From Eledone cirrhosa (Eukaryota), in NCBI GenBank assembly GCA_964016885.1, contig OZ024743.1, positions 369,458,001-369,522,000 on the forward strand: DNA of 64,000 nucleotides. Direction: 5' to 3'. Of the stretch, positions 38,401 to 56,813 are shown in pieces. Made by a program: the position numbers and the translations under genes. How positions within the stretch are numbered: the first letter of the stretch is position 1; each line of letters opens with the position of its first letter. The notes beneath the pieces were generated by a model. The model ran no database searches. It saw only the letters and a list, made by a program, of their open reading frames with translations, and was not told the DNA's origin.

Positions 38401-38537
38401 TATATATATATATATATAGTATATATATATATATAGTATATATATATATAGTATATATATATATAGTATATATATATATAGTATATATATATATAGTATA
38501 TATATATATATATATAGTATATATATATATATATATA

Positions 38538-38581
<44 letters not shown>

Positions 38582-39001
38582 TATATATATATATATATAG
38601 TATATATATATATATATAGTATATATATATATATAGTATATATATAGTATATAGTATATAGTATATATATATTATATATATAGTATATATATATATATAT
38701 ATTATATATATAGTATATATATTATATATATAGTATATATATATATATATAGTATATATATAGTATATATATATATATATAGTATATATATATATAGTAT
38801 ATATATAGTATATATATATATATATAGTATATATATATATATATATAGCATATATATAGTATATATATAGTATATATATATATATATAGCATATATATAG
38901 TATATATATAGTATATATATATAGTATATATATAGTATATATATATATATATATAGCATATATATAGTATATATATAGTATATATATATAGTATATATAT
39001 A

Positions 39002-39035
<34 letters not shown>

Positions 39036-39123
39036 TATATATATATATATATATACTATATATATATATATATATATATAGTATATATATAGTATATATA
39101 TATATATACTATATATATATATA

Positions 39124-39169
<46 letters not shown>

Positions 39170-39790
39170 TATATATAGTATATATATATATATACTATAT
39201 ATATATATATACTATATATATATATATATATATATATAGTATATATATAGTATATATATATATATACTATATATATATATATACTATATATATATATATA
39301 TATATATATAGTATATATATAGTATATATATATATATACTATATATATGTATATACTATATATATATACTAGATATATATATATAGTATATATATACTAG
39401 ATATATATATATAGTATATATATAGTATATATATATATATACTATATATATATATATACTATATATATATATATATAGTATATATATATATAGTATATAT
39501 ATATATATACTATATATATATATATAGTATATATATATATATAGTATATATATATATATAGTATATATATATATATACTATATATATATATATAGTATAT
39601 ATATATATATAGTATATATATATATATACTATATATATGTATATACTATATATATATACTATATATATATATATATATAGTATATATATATATATACTAT
39701 ATATATGTATATATATAGTATATATATATATATACTAGATATATATATATACTAGATATATATATACTAGATATATATATATACTAGATA
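36728..39790. repeat. ~3-kb interrupted (TA)n array
   Basis: TA repeats punctuated by AGT, AGTGT, ACT and CTAG variants. Confidence 0.95.
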
Positions 39791-39848
39791 ATTAAGCATA
39801 TAACGATATGTGCTTTTACAATTCTCCAGAAAGGCCGGTACATAGGTA

Positions 39849-39893
39849 AATATTGCTGATGAGTTGTAACAACAACGAAACTAGTTCAATATT
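39849..39893 (+). ncRNA. Minimal type I hammerhead ribozyme motif, copy 1
   Basis: Perfect 7-bp stem I AATATTG/CAATATT; CTGATGA 39856-62; stem II GTTGT-AACA-ACAAC; GAAA 39877-80; palindromic stem III ACTAGT; GUU site ending 39886. Confidence 0.9.
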
Positions 39894-40315
39894 CCTTGTC
39901 TGGCTTTCTGGAGAATAGAGGGAAGATGTTTCCTCGAAAACCAGTATGACTCTAAAAACCGGTTTGTCTGTGTGTTTACGTACAGAATAGCTGAGTTGCT
40001 CACAGTAAAGCAACCAGTGAAAGACTTGTTACATCTGCATATGTATACGTGTGTGTATTCATATACACACTAGTATTTCAGTATGCATATATAGATGTAC
40101 ATTTTTAACTTAATTGTTTAAGCGTCAGTCATACAAAAGTGAGTTACAAACGAAACGAAATTTAATTTCGTTTCGTTATTTGTTTTTATCGTCTCCGCTG
40201 AACTGGTGCGTACTCACACTCTATGCAAATTAGTCTGCCCACTACTAATTTTCATAGAAAAAGCATATAACGATATGTGCTTTTACAATTCTCCAGAAAG
40301 GCCGGTAGATAGGTA

Positions 40316-40360
40316 AATATTGCTGATGAGTTGTAACAACAACGAAACTAGTTCAATATT
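40316..40360 (+). ncRNA. Minimal type I hammerhead ribozyme motif, copy 2
   Basis: Identical to 39849-39893, 467 bp downstream. Confidence 0.9.
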
Positions 40361-40656
40361 CCTTGTCTGGCTTTCTGGAGAATAGAGGGAAGATGTTTCC
40401 TTGAAAACCAGTATGACTCTAAAAACCGGTTTGTCTGTGTGTTTACATACAGAATAGCTGAGTTGCTCACAGTAAAGCAACCAGTGAAAGACTTGTTACA
40501 TCTGCATATGTATACGTGTGTGTATTCATATACACACTAGTATTTCAGTATGCATATGTAGATGTACATTTTTAACTTAATTGTTTAAGCGTCAGTCATA
40601 CAAAAGTGAGTTACAAATGAAACGAAATTTAATTTCGTTTCGTTATTTGTTTTTAT

Positions 40657-41668
40657 ATACTAGATATATATACTAGATATATATATACTAGATATATATA
40701 TACTAGATATATATATACTAGATATATATATACTATATATATATATACTATATATATATATACTATATATATATATACTAGATATATATATACTATATAT
40801 ATATATACTATATATATATATACTATATATATATATATACTATATATATATATATACTATATATATATATATACTATATATATATATACTATATATATAT
40901 ATACTATATATATATATACTATATATATATATACTATATATATATATACTATATATATATATACTATATATATATATACTATATATATATATACTATATA
41001 TATATATACTATATATATATATACTATATATATATATACTATATATATATATACTATATATATATATACTATATATATATATATATACTATATATATATA
41101 TACTATATATATATATATACTATGTATATATATATACTATATATATATATACTATATATATATATACTATATATATATATACTATATATATATATACTAT
41201 ATATATATATACTATGTATATATATACTATGTATATATATACTATATATATATATACTATATATATATATACTATATATATATATACTATATATATATAT
41301 ATACTATATATATATATATACTATATATATATATATATATATACTATATATATATATATACTATATATATATATATATACTATATATATATATACTATAT
41401 ATATATATACTATATATATATATACTATATATATATATACTATATATATATACTATATATACTATATATATATACTATATATATATACTATATATATATA
41501 CTATATATATATATACTATATATATATATACTATATATATATATATACTATATATATATATACTATATATATATATACTATATATATATATATACTATAT
41601 ATATATATACTATATATATATATACTATATATATATATATACTATATATATATATATATATATATACT
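40657..41668. repeat. (TA)n array with regular ACT interruptions
   Basis: Direct reading. Confidence 0.95.
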
Positions 41669-42272
41669 ATGTCAGTTGGTGCTACTGGTAACATGTATCC
41701 CAGTACAACCTGTCTCATGGTCGGGTCGTTGGCGACTAAACTGGCAACCCCACCAAGGTTTCTTGGTGAGGAGGGTGACTTTGGACATCCTGCAGGACTA
41801 AAAACAAAACCTGTCAAAGGGCAAAGGAGCTCTTAAGAGTCAATGGCCATCCAAAATCACCGGGAGAGATGACCCCTTAGCCTTTGTCAAGGCAGAATTC
41901 TAGGAGAAGGAAAACTCTGATATAACACCTGCAACCCTGATGGTATCCAATGATGTTGACTTGTTCTTCTTTTTGGTACATATCATCTTGTTTAAGAGAG
42001 TGGGACTGGCTTTGTGCAGTGCCTTTGCTCACTATAAAAGCTTCACGGCACAGGCATTGCTTTATATCTGGAGATCTCTCTGCACTTGTCGTCAGATGGT
42101 ACCATGGGCCCAGCACTATGTGTCAATAATTGTCAAAAGTGTAGTGTTTGTACCAGAGTTTTCAAGTCGCTGGCTGGACTAAAAAGTCGCACTCGTTCAG
42201 CGCATCTGTAGGGGTTCTCCTACATGGTTATATAAAGTAGTGGCCGTACTCGAAAACGAGTTGGCAGCCACC
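41669..42272. repeat. Unclassified ~600-bp dispersed repeat within (TA)n, homologous to 492-960
   Basis: Colinear similarity to 492-920; TA arrays on both sides. Confidence 0.65.
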
Positions 42273-42397
42273 ATATATACTATATATATATATACTATAT
42301 ATATATATACTATATATATATATATATATATATATCTATATATATCTATATATATCTATATATATATATATTCTATATATATCTATATATATATATA

Positions 42398-42437
<40 letters not shown>

Positions 42438-42611
42438 ATATATATCTATATATATATATATTCTATATATATCTATATATATATATATACTATATATATA
42501 CTATATATATATATATATCTATATATATATATATACTATATATATATATACTATATATATACTATATATATATATATATACTATATATATATATATATAC
42601 TATATATATAT

Positions 42612-43016
42612 ATAAATTATTAAAATAATTATGAATAAACAAAGAAACAGTTCCTTATATTAAACAAAAAAAGTTCATTATTTTACGATCGTTTCTAGGA
42701 CATATATGTGTTAGAATTGGTATGCATATTCTATAGATCTATGTACAAAATTATACAAACTATCAGAGTGAATATACGTACCTTCACATATATATGCTGT
42801 CTTCAGAAATAATGATTATTTCTGAAGACAGCATATATATGTGAAGGTATGTATATTCCCTCTGATAGTTTGTATAATATTGTACATAGATCTATAGAAT
42901 ATGCATACCAATTCTAACACATATATGTCCTAGAAACGATCGTAAAATAATGAACTTTTTTTGTTTAATATAAGGAACTGTTTCTTTGTATATTCATTAT
43001 TTTTTTAATAATTTAT
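42612..43016. repeat. 405-bp near-perfect palindrome (centre 42814) heading an element that continues to ~43145
   Basis: The ~202-bp arms are reverse complements around GAAATAAT-G-ATTATTTC with few mismatches. Flanked by (TA)n. Confidence 0.95.
42815..42951 (+). ncRNA. Type I hammerhead motif with a very long stem II (mirror copy at 42677-42813 on the minus strand)
   Basis: Stem I ATTATTT/AAATAAT; CTGAAGA 42822-28; ~104-nt stem II with pairings ATATATGTG/CACATATAT and GGTATGTATATTC/GAATATGCATACC; GAAA 42933-36; palindromic stem III ACGATCGT; GUA site ending 42944. The base of stem II is imperfect. Confidence 0.75.
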
Positions 43017-43147
43017 CTTGACTCTGTTTTCCGTTTATTTTTCACCGAAAGTAGTTTTTGAATGCATCTTTTCTTTTCATGATATCCGGATTACATTGAG
43101 TTCTTTATGCGGATTGGACACTACCGTAAACTTTTGGTAGATTTATC

Positions 43148-48853
<5,706 letters not shown>

Positions 48854-48861
48854 TTTTTTTT

Positions 48862-49081
48862 TCTAGTCGATCGACTTTCGTCAAATCGGACCGAGGAAAC
48901 TATGTTTCCGTTGGTCTTTCCAATTGCTAATACTATCTATCGTTCGCAACTCCAGGTAGAAGGAGCAACGTGAAATAAAGTGTCTTGCTCAAGGACATAA
49001 CACATCGCCTGGTTCAGGAATCGAACTCACAACCTCACGATTGTGAATCTAATACTCTAACCACTCAGCCACACGCCTTCA
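48862..49081 (-). mobile_element. tRNA-derived SINE, family B
   Basis: Minus strand has GGCGTGTGGCTGAGTGGTTAGAG (A box), GAGTTCGATTCC (B box) and TGTCCTTGAGCAAGACACTTTATTTCAC. Close copy at 56569-56778. Confidence 0.85.
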
Positions 49082-49221
49082 CTAGTATATATATATAGTA
49101 TATATATATATAGTATATATATATATATATAGTATATATATATATATATATACTATATATATATATATATATATATACTATATATATATATATATAGTAT
49201 ATATATATATATATATATATA

Positions 49222-49854
49222 TCATCATCATCATCATCATCATCACCGTTTTACGTCCGTTCTTCCACGCTAGCATGGGTTAGACGGGTTGTCCTGTTGT
49301 GGGCAGTGTCTGGTCGGCTGACCATGCCTTGCTCATACAGGAACTGATCTGGCTTGATTTCTACAGCTGGATGCCCTTCCTAACACCAACCTCATTTACA
49401 GTGAGTGCTGGGTGCTTTTTCGTGGCGCCTACACGTCCACTTTACAGTGTGGGCCGGGTGCTTTTTTGCCGTGGCACCTCCACGACCACCTTGCGGTGGG
49501 GGGGGGGGGGGGGGCATATCGTTTATATGCTTCAGCATGTACCCATGGGAGGTCGGGTACCCTGTATTACTGCGTGACGCCAGAGGTCACGGTCGTGTGT
49601 CATTGACTTTGAGAGGTGTAGTTGGGTAAGGTCGGCTTTTATCACCTCATCCCAAGTCATCTTGGGTCTCCCCACTCCGCGGTTTCCATCAACTTCTAGT
49701 GCTCTGCACCTTTTTATGCAGCTGTCATCCTTCATACGCATCACATGTCCATACCAGCGTAACCGCCTCTCCTGCACGCAGCATTTGATTCCTCTTATGC
49801 TCAGTCTCTCTCTCAATTCATTTATGCTTTGTCGTTCACGTATATTACTGTTAC
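49222..49854 (-). mobile_element. 5'-truncated RTE LINE in (TA)n
   Basis: ERRLRWYGHVMRM...GRPKMTW with an (ATG)n tail. Nearly identical to 50556-51192. Confidence 0.9.
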
Positions 49855-50355
49855 CCCTATATATATATATATATACTATATATATATATATATAGTATAT
49901 ATATATATATACTATATATATATATACTATATATATATATACTATATATATATATGTACTATATATATATATATATATATACTATATATATATACTATAT
50001 ATATATAGTATATATATATATATATACTATATATATATACTATATATATATAGTATATATATATATATATATATATATATACTATATATATATATATACT
50101 ATATACGGCTTGAGCTCAGCTGTCGGGGGTCTTACTGGTTCCTATTACCCACTCTACTACCTCAAGTATTGAGTACTTTGGTGCGTTATGGTCCACCTGG
50201 TTCCTTACCACATTTCCTTCGTTATATATCTATATATATATATATATAGTACATATACATACATATATATATATATAAACTATATATATATATATATATA
50301 TATATATCTATATATATATATATATAGTACATATACATACATATATATATATATA

Positions 50356-50402
<47 letters not shown>

Positions 50403-50555
50403 ATATACATACATATATATATATATAGTACATATACATACATATATATATATATATACTATATATATATATATATATATATATCTATATATATATATAT
50501 ATAGTACATATACATACATATATTTATATATATACTATATATATATATATATATA

Positions 50556-51947
50556 TCATCATCATCATCATCATCACCGTTTTACGTCCGTTCTTCCACG
50601 CTAGCATGGGTTAGACGGGTTGTCCTGTTGTGGGCAGTGTCTGGTCGGCTGACCATGCCTTGCTCATACAGGAACTGATCTGGCTTGATTTCTACAGCTG
50701 GATGCCCTTCCTAACACCAACCTCATTTACAGTGAGTGCTGGGTGCTTTTTCGTGGCGCCTACACGTCCACTTTACAGTGTGGGCTGGGTGCTTTTTTGC
50801 CGTGGCACCTCCACGACCACCTTGCGGTGGGGGGGGGGGGGGGGGGGGGGGGCATATTGTTTATATGCTTCAGCATGTACCCATGGGAGGTCGGGTACCC
50901 TGTATTACTGCGTGACGCCAGAAGTCACGGTCGTGTGTCATTGACTTTGAGAGGTGTAGTTGGGTAAGGTCGGCTTTTATCACCTCATCCCAAGTCATCT
51001 TGGGTCTCCCCACTCCGCGGTTTCCATCAACTTCTAGTGCTCTGCACCTTTTTATGCAGCTGTCATCCTTCATACGCATCACATGTCCATACCAGCGTAA
51101 CCGCCTCTCCTGCACGCAGCATTTGATTCCTCTTATGCTCAGTCTCTCTCTCAATTCATTTATGCTTTGTCGTTCACGTATATTACTGTTACACATCCAT
51201 CGGAGCATGCAGGCTTCGTTTCTCTCTAATCTACGTAAGTCTTCCACCTTCAGCGCCCAGGTCTCACTACCATGCAACATCGCTGTTCGGATACACGCAT
51301 CATACAGTCTGCCTTTCATTCTGAGGGAGAAGCCTTTTGCAGCTAGCAGTGGTAGTAGTTCCCTAAACTTCTTCCATCCCGTTCTTACCCTAGTTATTGT
51401 ACTTTCTGAGCACCCACCTCCGTTGCTAATTCGGTCACCTAGGTAGCAGAAGCTGTCTACTGTTTCTACAGGGCCCTCCAGAGATTGGTGGTACTTGTTT
51501 CCTGTGGCTGTTTGCTTGCTGTTTCAGCACAGCTGCTGCATGTGAATCCTACATTCTTAATTAAGCTTCCTGAGATCCCGCTACATCTCTTGTGTACCCA
51601 TTGTTTGCATTTGGGGCAAAGAATGGAGTTCCTACCTACACCTTTCCTACATACTGAGCAAGGCCATTTCCCTGAGGGGATCTGGGTTCTGTTTTCTCGT
51701 CTACTTATAAGGACCTTAGTCTTTGTCATGTTGACTTTGAGGCCCTTTCTCTCTAGTCCCTGCTTCCAGGTTTGGAATTTATTCTCTAGTTCTACCATAG
51801 ATTCAGCTATGAGTGCGAGGTCATCAGCATACAGGAGTTCCCATGGGCATCCGGTCTTAAACTCCTCCGTTATTGCCTGCAGGACTATGATGAACAGGAG
51901 AGGGCTAAGAACAGAGCCCTGGTGGACCCCAACCTGTACGCTAAATT
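50556..51947 (-). mobile_element. 5'-truncated RTE LINE in (TA)n
   Basis: RT region (GVHQGSVLSPLLF, LLYADDL), a Cys/His-rich insert (WPCSVC...CPKCKQWVHKRCSG), RT C-terminus ORF 50870-51319 and an (ATG)n tail. Confidence 0.9.
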
Positions 51948-52085
51948 ATATATATATATATATATATAGTACATATACATTATAGTACGCTAAATTATAT
52001 ATATATATATATATATAGTACATATACATACATATATATATACTATATATATATATATATATATCTATATATATATATAGTACAT

Positions 52086-52124
<39 letters not shown>

Positions 52125-52221
52125 ATATATATATATATACTATATATATATATATAGTACATATATATATATATACTATATATTTATATATATACATATA
52201 GTACATATATATATATATATA

Positions 52222-52261
<40 letters not shown>

Positions 52262-52389
52262 TATATATATATATATAGTACATATACATATATATAGTAT
52301 ATATATATGTACTATATATATAGTATATATATATATGTACTGTATATAGTATATATATATGTACTATATATATATATATATATATATAT

Positions 52390-52426
<37 letters not shown>

Positions 52427-52434
52427 TATATATA

Positions 52435-53317
52435 TCATCATCATCATCATCATCATCAACGTTTAACGTCCGTGTTCCACGCTTGCATGGGTTTGGACGG
52501 GGGGTAGTCCCACTTGAGGCAAGAGTGATTGTCTTGCTCGCATAGGACTGTCTGGCAGGTTTTCTACAGTTGGATGCCCTTCCTAACACCAACCACATTT
52601 ACAGTGTGGGTCTGGGAGGTTTTTACCGTGTTGCCTACACGGCCACATTACAGCGTGGACTGTGTGTTTTTTTGTCGTGACACCTACACGATCTCATTTG
52701 TTTCGGCCTCGAAGGCGCGGCACCAACATAACTTTACATAGAACGGGGTGGTGTGGATCGGGTGGGGGTGGGGGTGGTGGGATGGGGTGTATTTTGTTAG
52801 AGATGCCTACTGGCTGGAGTAGGTTTTACTATATATTTAGGTAAGGCGGGTCTTCTCTGTTACTGAGTACCGCCAAAGGTCTCGGTCCAGTGACATTGTC
52901 TTGGAGAGGTGTAAGTGTGTGATGTCGGAGTTTATCAGCTCGTCCCAGGTTTTTCTAGGTCTGCCTATTCCGTGACTACCGTCTATCTTTATTGCCCTGC
53001 ACTTTGTTATACAGCTATCGACTTTCATGCGCATCACGTGTCCATACCAACGTAGCCTTCTCTCGAGTAAACAACATCTGATCCCTCTTATCTCTAATTT
53101 TTTCCTTAGTTCGTTTATGCTTTGCCGTTCACGTATATTACTGTTACACATCCAGCGGAGCATGCAAGCTTCGTTCCTCTCTAGTCTGCGTATATCCTCT
53201 GCACACAATGCCCAGGTCTCACTGCCATGCAGCATTGCTGTTCGTATGCAGGCATCGTACAACCTGCCTTTCATTTTTAGTGAGAACCCTTTAGCAGCTA
53301 ATAGTGGTATAAGCTCT
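52435..53317 (-). mobile_element. 5'-truncated RTE LINE in (TA)n, same subfamily as 7965-9122
   Basis: ORF 52837-53274 closely matches the C-terminal part of ORF 8013-8738; (ATG)n tail. Confidence 0.9.
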
Positions 53318-53630
53318 ATATATATATAGTATGTATATATATATATACTATATATATATATATATATATAGTATGTATATATATATATATGTACTATATA
53401 TATATATATATATAGTATGTATATATATAGTATGTATATATATAGTATGTATATATATATATATATATATATACTATATATATATATATATATACTATAT
53501 ATATATATATATAGTATGTATATATATATATATGTACTATATATATATATATATACTATATATATATATATAGTATTTATATATATATATAGTATTTATA
53601 TATATATAGTATGTATATATATATAGTATG

Positions 53631-53791
<161 letters not shown>

Positions 53792-53951
53792 TATATATAT
53801 AGTATGTATATATATATATATATATATATATAGTATATATATATATATTCTATATATATATATATATATATATAGTATATATATATATATATTCTATATA
53901 TATATATATATATATATAGTATATATATATATATATTCTATATATATATAT

Positions 53952-54107
53952 AGGGAGCCCCTACATGGACACACTAGAAGAGGAAGACCAAGGTTAACAT
54001 ATGTTGATGCCCTAAGGACAGACACTGTTCTGTTGGTGATGCAGGATATGGCAGCGATAATGAGGGACAGAGACCGCTGGAGAGAACTCATCCATGGATA
54101 TTGGGAT
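53952..54107 (+). mobile_element. Very short RTE-like 3' fragment in (TA)n
   Basis: Translates EPLHGHTRRGRPRLTYVDALRTDT, then QDMAAIMRDRDRWRE in another frame: a typical RTE-group C-terminus. Confidence 0.7.
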
Positions 54108-54262
54108 ACTATATATAGTATGTATATATATATATATATATAGTATATATATATATACTATAGTATATATACTATATATATATATGTATACTATATATAT
54201 ATAGTATATATATATATATATAGTATATATATATATACTATAGTATATATACTATGTATATA

Positions 54263-54296
<34 letters not shown>

Positions 54297-54309
54297 TGTA
54301 TATATATAT

Positions 54310-54344
<35 letters not shown>

Positions 54345-54502
54345 TTAGTTATACTATTTATGGTTATGTAAACACAAAACCTTAAGCAGTTGTAAGTATT
54401 TTACACACACCCTAAATAGTGGTAGGCAGTAATGTATTACTACCTTATTACCAGTAAGTTAAGTAGCTCAATGTAAAAACATCAGATGATTTACAGAGCA
54501 GT

Positions 54503-54748
54503 TATATGAAATATAAGAATCAAAGAACTGTTCAAAACATTATTGTGCTTACAGCTGTTTCCTCCAAACCGAGGTTTGGATTCTTCGGAGCAATTTATTA
54601 ATGCATGGACAGTTATATGACCTCCTTTTCAGCCGAGAGACATACCAATACATATTCAAACATTGATACATATTCAGAAGAATCCAAACCTCGGTTTGGA
54701 GGAAACAGCTGTAAGCACAATAATGTTTTGAACAGTTCTTTGATTCTT

Positions 54749-54760
<12 letters not shown>
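54503..54760. repeat. Inverted repeat with 84-bp arms (54503-54586, 54677-54760) and a 90-bp spacer
   Basis: Arms are exact reverse complements by eye. The whole ~54345-54760 island is flanked by (TA)n. Confidence 0.95.
54546..54592 (-). ncRNA. Hammerhead-like motif with a variant core (CCGAAGA); partial mirror copy at 54675-54717 (CAGAAGA)
   Basis: Minus strand: TGCT-CCGAAGA-ATCCAAACC-TC-GGTTTGGAG-GAAA-CAGCTGT-A-AGCA. Palindromic stem III ACAGCTGT, GUA site, U4 substituted. Confidence 0.65.
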
Positions 54761-54793
<33 letters not shown>

Positions 54794-54921
54794 TATATAT
54801 ATATATATACTATATATATATGTATATATACTATATATATATACTATAGTATATATATATATATATATAGTATATATATATATATATACTATATACTATA
54901 TATATTTATATATATACTATA

Positions 54922-54975
<54 letters not shown>

Positions 54976-55067
54976 TATATATATATACTATAGTATATAC
55001 ATATATAGTATATATATATATATATATATATAGTATATATATATATATAGTATATATATATATATAG

Positions 55068-55099
<32 letters not shown>

Positions 55100-55272
55100 G
55101 TATATATATATATATATATATTTATATAGTATATATATATATATATATATATATACTATATATATTTATATATAGTATATATATATATACTATAGTATAT
55201 ATATATACTATAGTATATTTATATACTATAGTATATATATATACTATAGTATATATATATACTATATATATA

Positions 55273-55303
<31 letters not shown>

Positions 55304-56568
55304 CTATATATATATACTATATATATATACTATATATATATACTATAGTATATATATATATATATAGTATATATATATTTATATAGTATATATATATTTA
55401 TATAGTATATATATATTTATATATAGTATATATATATTTATATATATATATATATATAGTATATATATATATAGTATATATATATTTATATATAGTATAT
55501 ATATATATATATAGTATATATATATATAGTATATATATATATAGTATATATATATTTATATAGTATATATATATTTATATAGTATATATATATATAGTAT
55601 ATATATATTTATATAGTATATATATATTTATATAGTATATATATATATAGTATATATATATTTATATAGTATATATATATTTATATAGTATATATATTTA
55701 TATAGTATATATATTTATATAGTATATATATATTTATATAGTATATATATATAGTATATATATATATATAGTATATATATATATATAGTATATATATATA
55801 TAGTATATATATATATAGTATATATATATATAGTATATATATATTTATATATATACTATTTATATATATACTATAGTATATATATATATGTACTATATAT
55901 ATACTATAGTATATATATATATGTACTATATATATACTATAGTATATATATATATGTACTATATATATACTATAGTATATATATATATGTACTATATATA
56001 TACTATAGTATATATATATATGTACTATATATATACTATAGTATATATATATATGTACTATATATATACTATATATATATATATATGTACTATATATATA
56101 CTATATATATATATGTACTATATATATATATATATATATACTATATATATATATATATATATATACTATATATATATAGATATATATATATATATATACT
56201 ATATAGATATATATATATATACTATATATATATATATACTATATAGATATATATATATATATATACTATATAGATATATATATATATATATACTATATAG
56301 ATATAGATATATATATATACTATATAGATATAGATATATATATATACTATATAGATATAGATATATATATATACTATATAGATATAGATATATATATATA
56401 CTATATAGATATAGATATATATATATACTATATAGATATAGATATATATATATACTATATAGATATAGATATATATATATACTATATAGATATAGATATA
56501 GATATATATATATATACTATATAGATATAGATATATATATATACTATATAGATATAAATATATATATA

Positions 56569-56778
56569 GCGTGGGGCTGAGTGGTTAGAGAATTGTATTC
56601 GCAATCATAAGGTTGTGAGTTCGATTCCTGAACCAGGCGTTGCTTTATGTCCTTAGCAAGACACTTTATTTCACGTTGCTCCTTCTACCTGGAGTTGCGA
56701 CCGATAGATAGTATTAGCGATTGGAAAGACCAACGGAAACATTGATCCCTCGGTCCGACTTGACGAAAGTCGATTGTT
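56569..56778 (+). mobile_element. tRNA-derived SINE, family B
   Basis: GGGCTGAGTGGTTAGAG A box and GAGTTCGATTCC B box; homolog of 48862-49081; flanked by (TA)n. Confidence 0.85.
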
Positions 56779-56813
56779 CCTTTTATATATATAGTACATA
56801 TATATATAGTATA

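Larger units (their letters stand above)
39794..40656 (+). mobile_element. 467-bp tandem repeat (one full and one partial unit), each unit with a hammerhead; retrozyme/PLE-pLTR-like
   Basis: Unit 1 is 39794-40260 and unit 2 is 40261-40656, differing by only a few substitutions. (TA)n/CTAG arrays on both sides. Confidence 0.85.

Noticed and set aside
51000-51985. Plus-strand ORFs overlapping RTE copies
   Set aside because: Antisense shadows of the retrotransposon ORF.
56569-56640. tRNA gene
   Set aside because: A and B boxes are present, but the sequence continues into a repeated SINE body with no clean acceptor stem.
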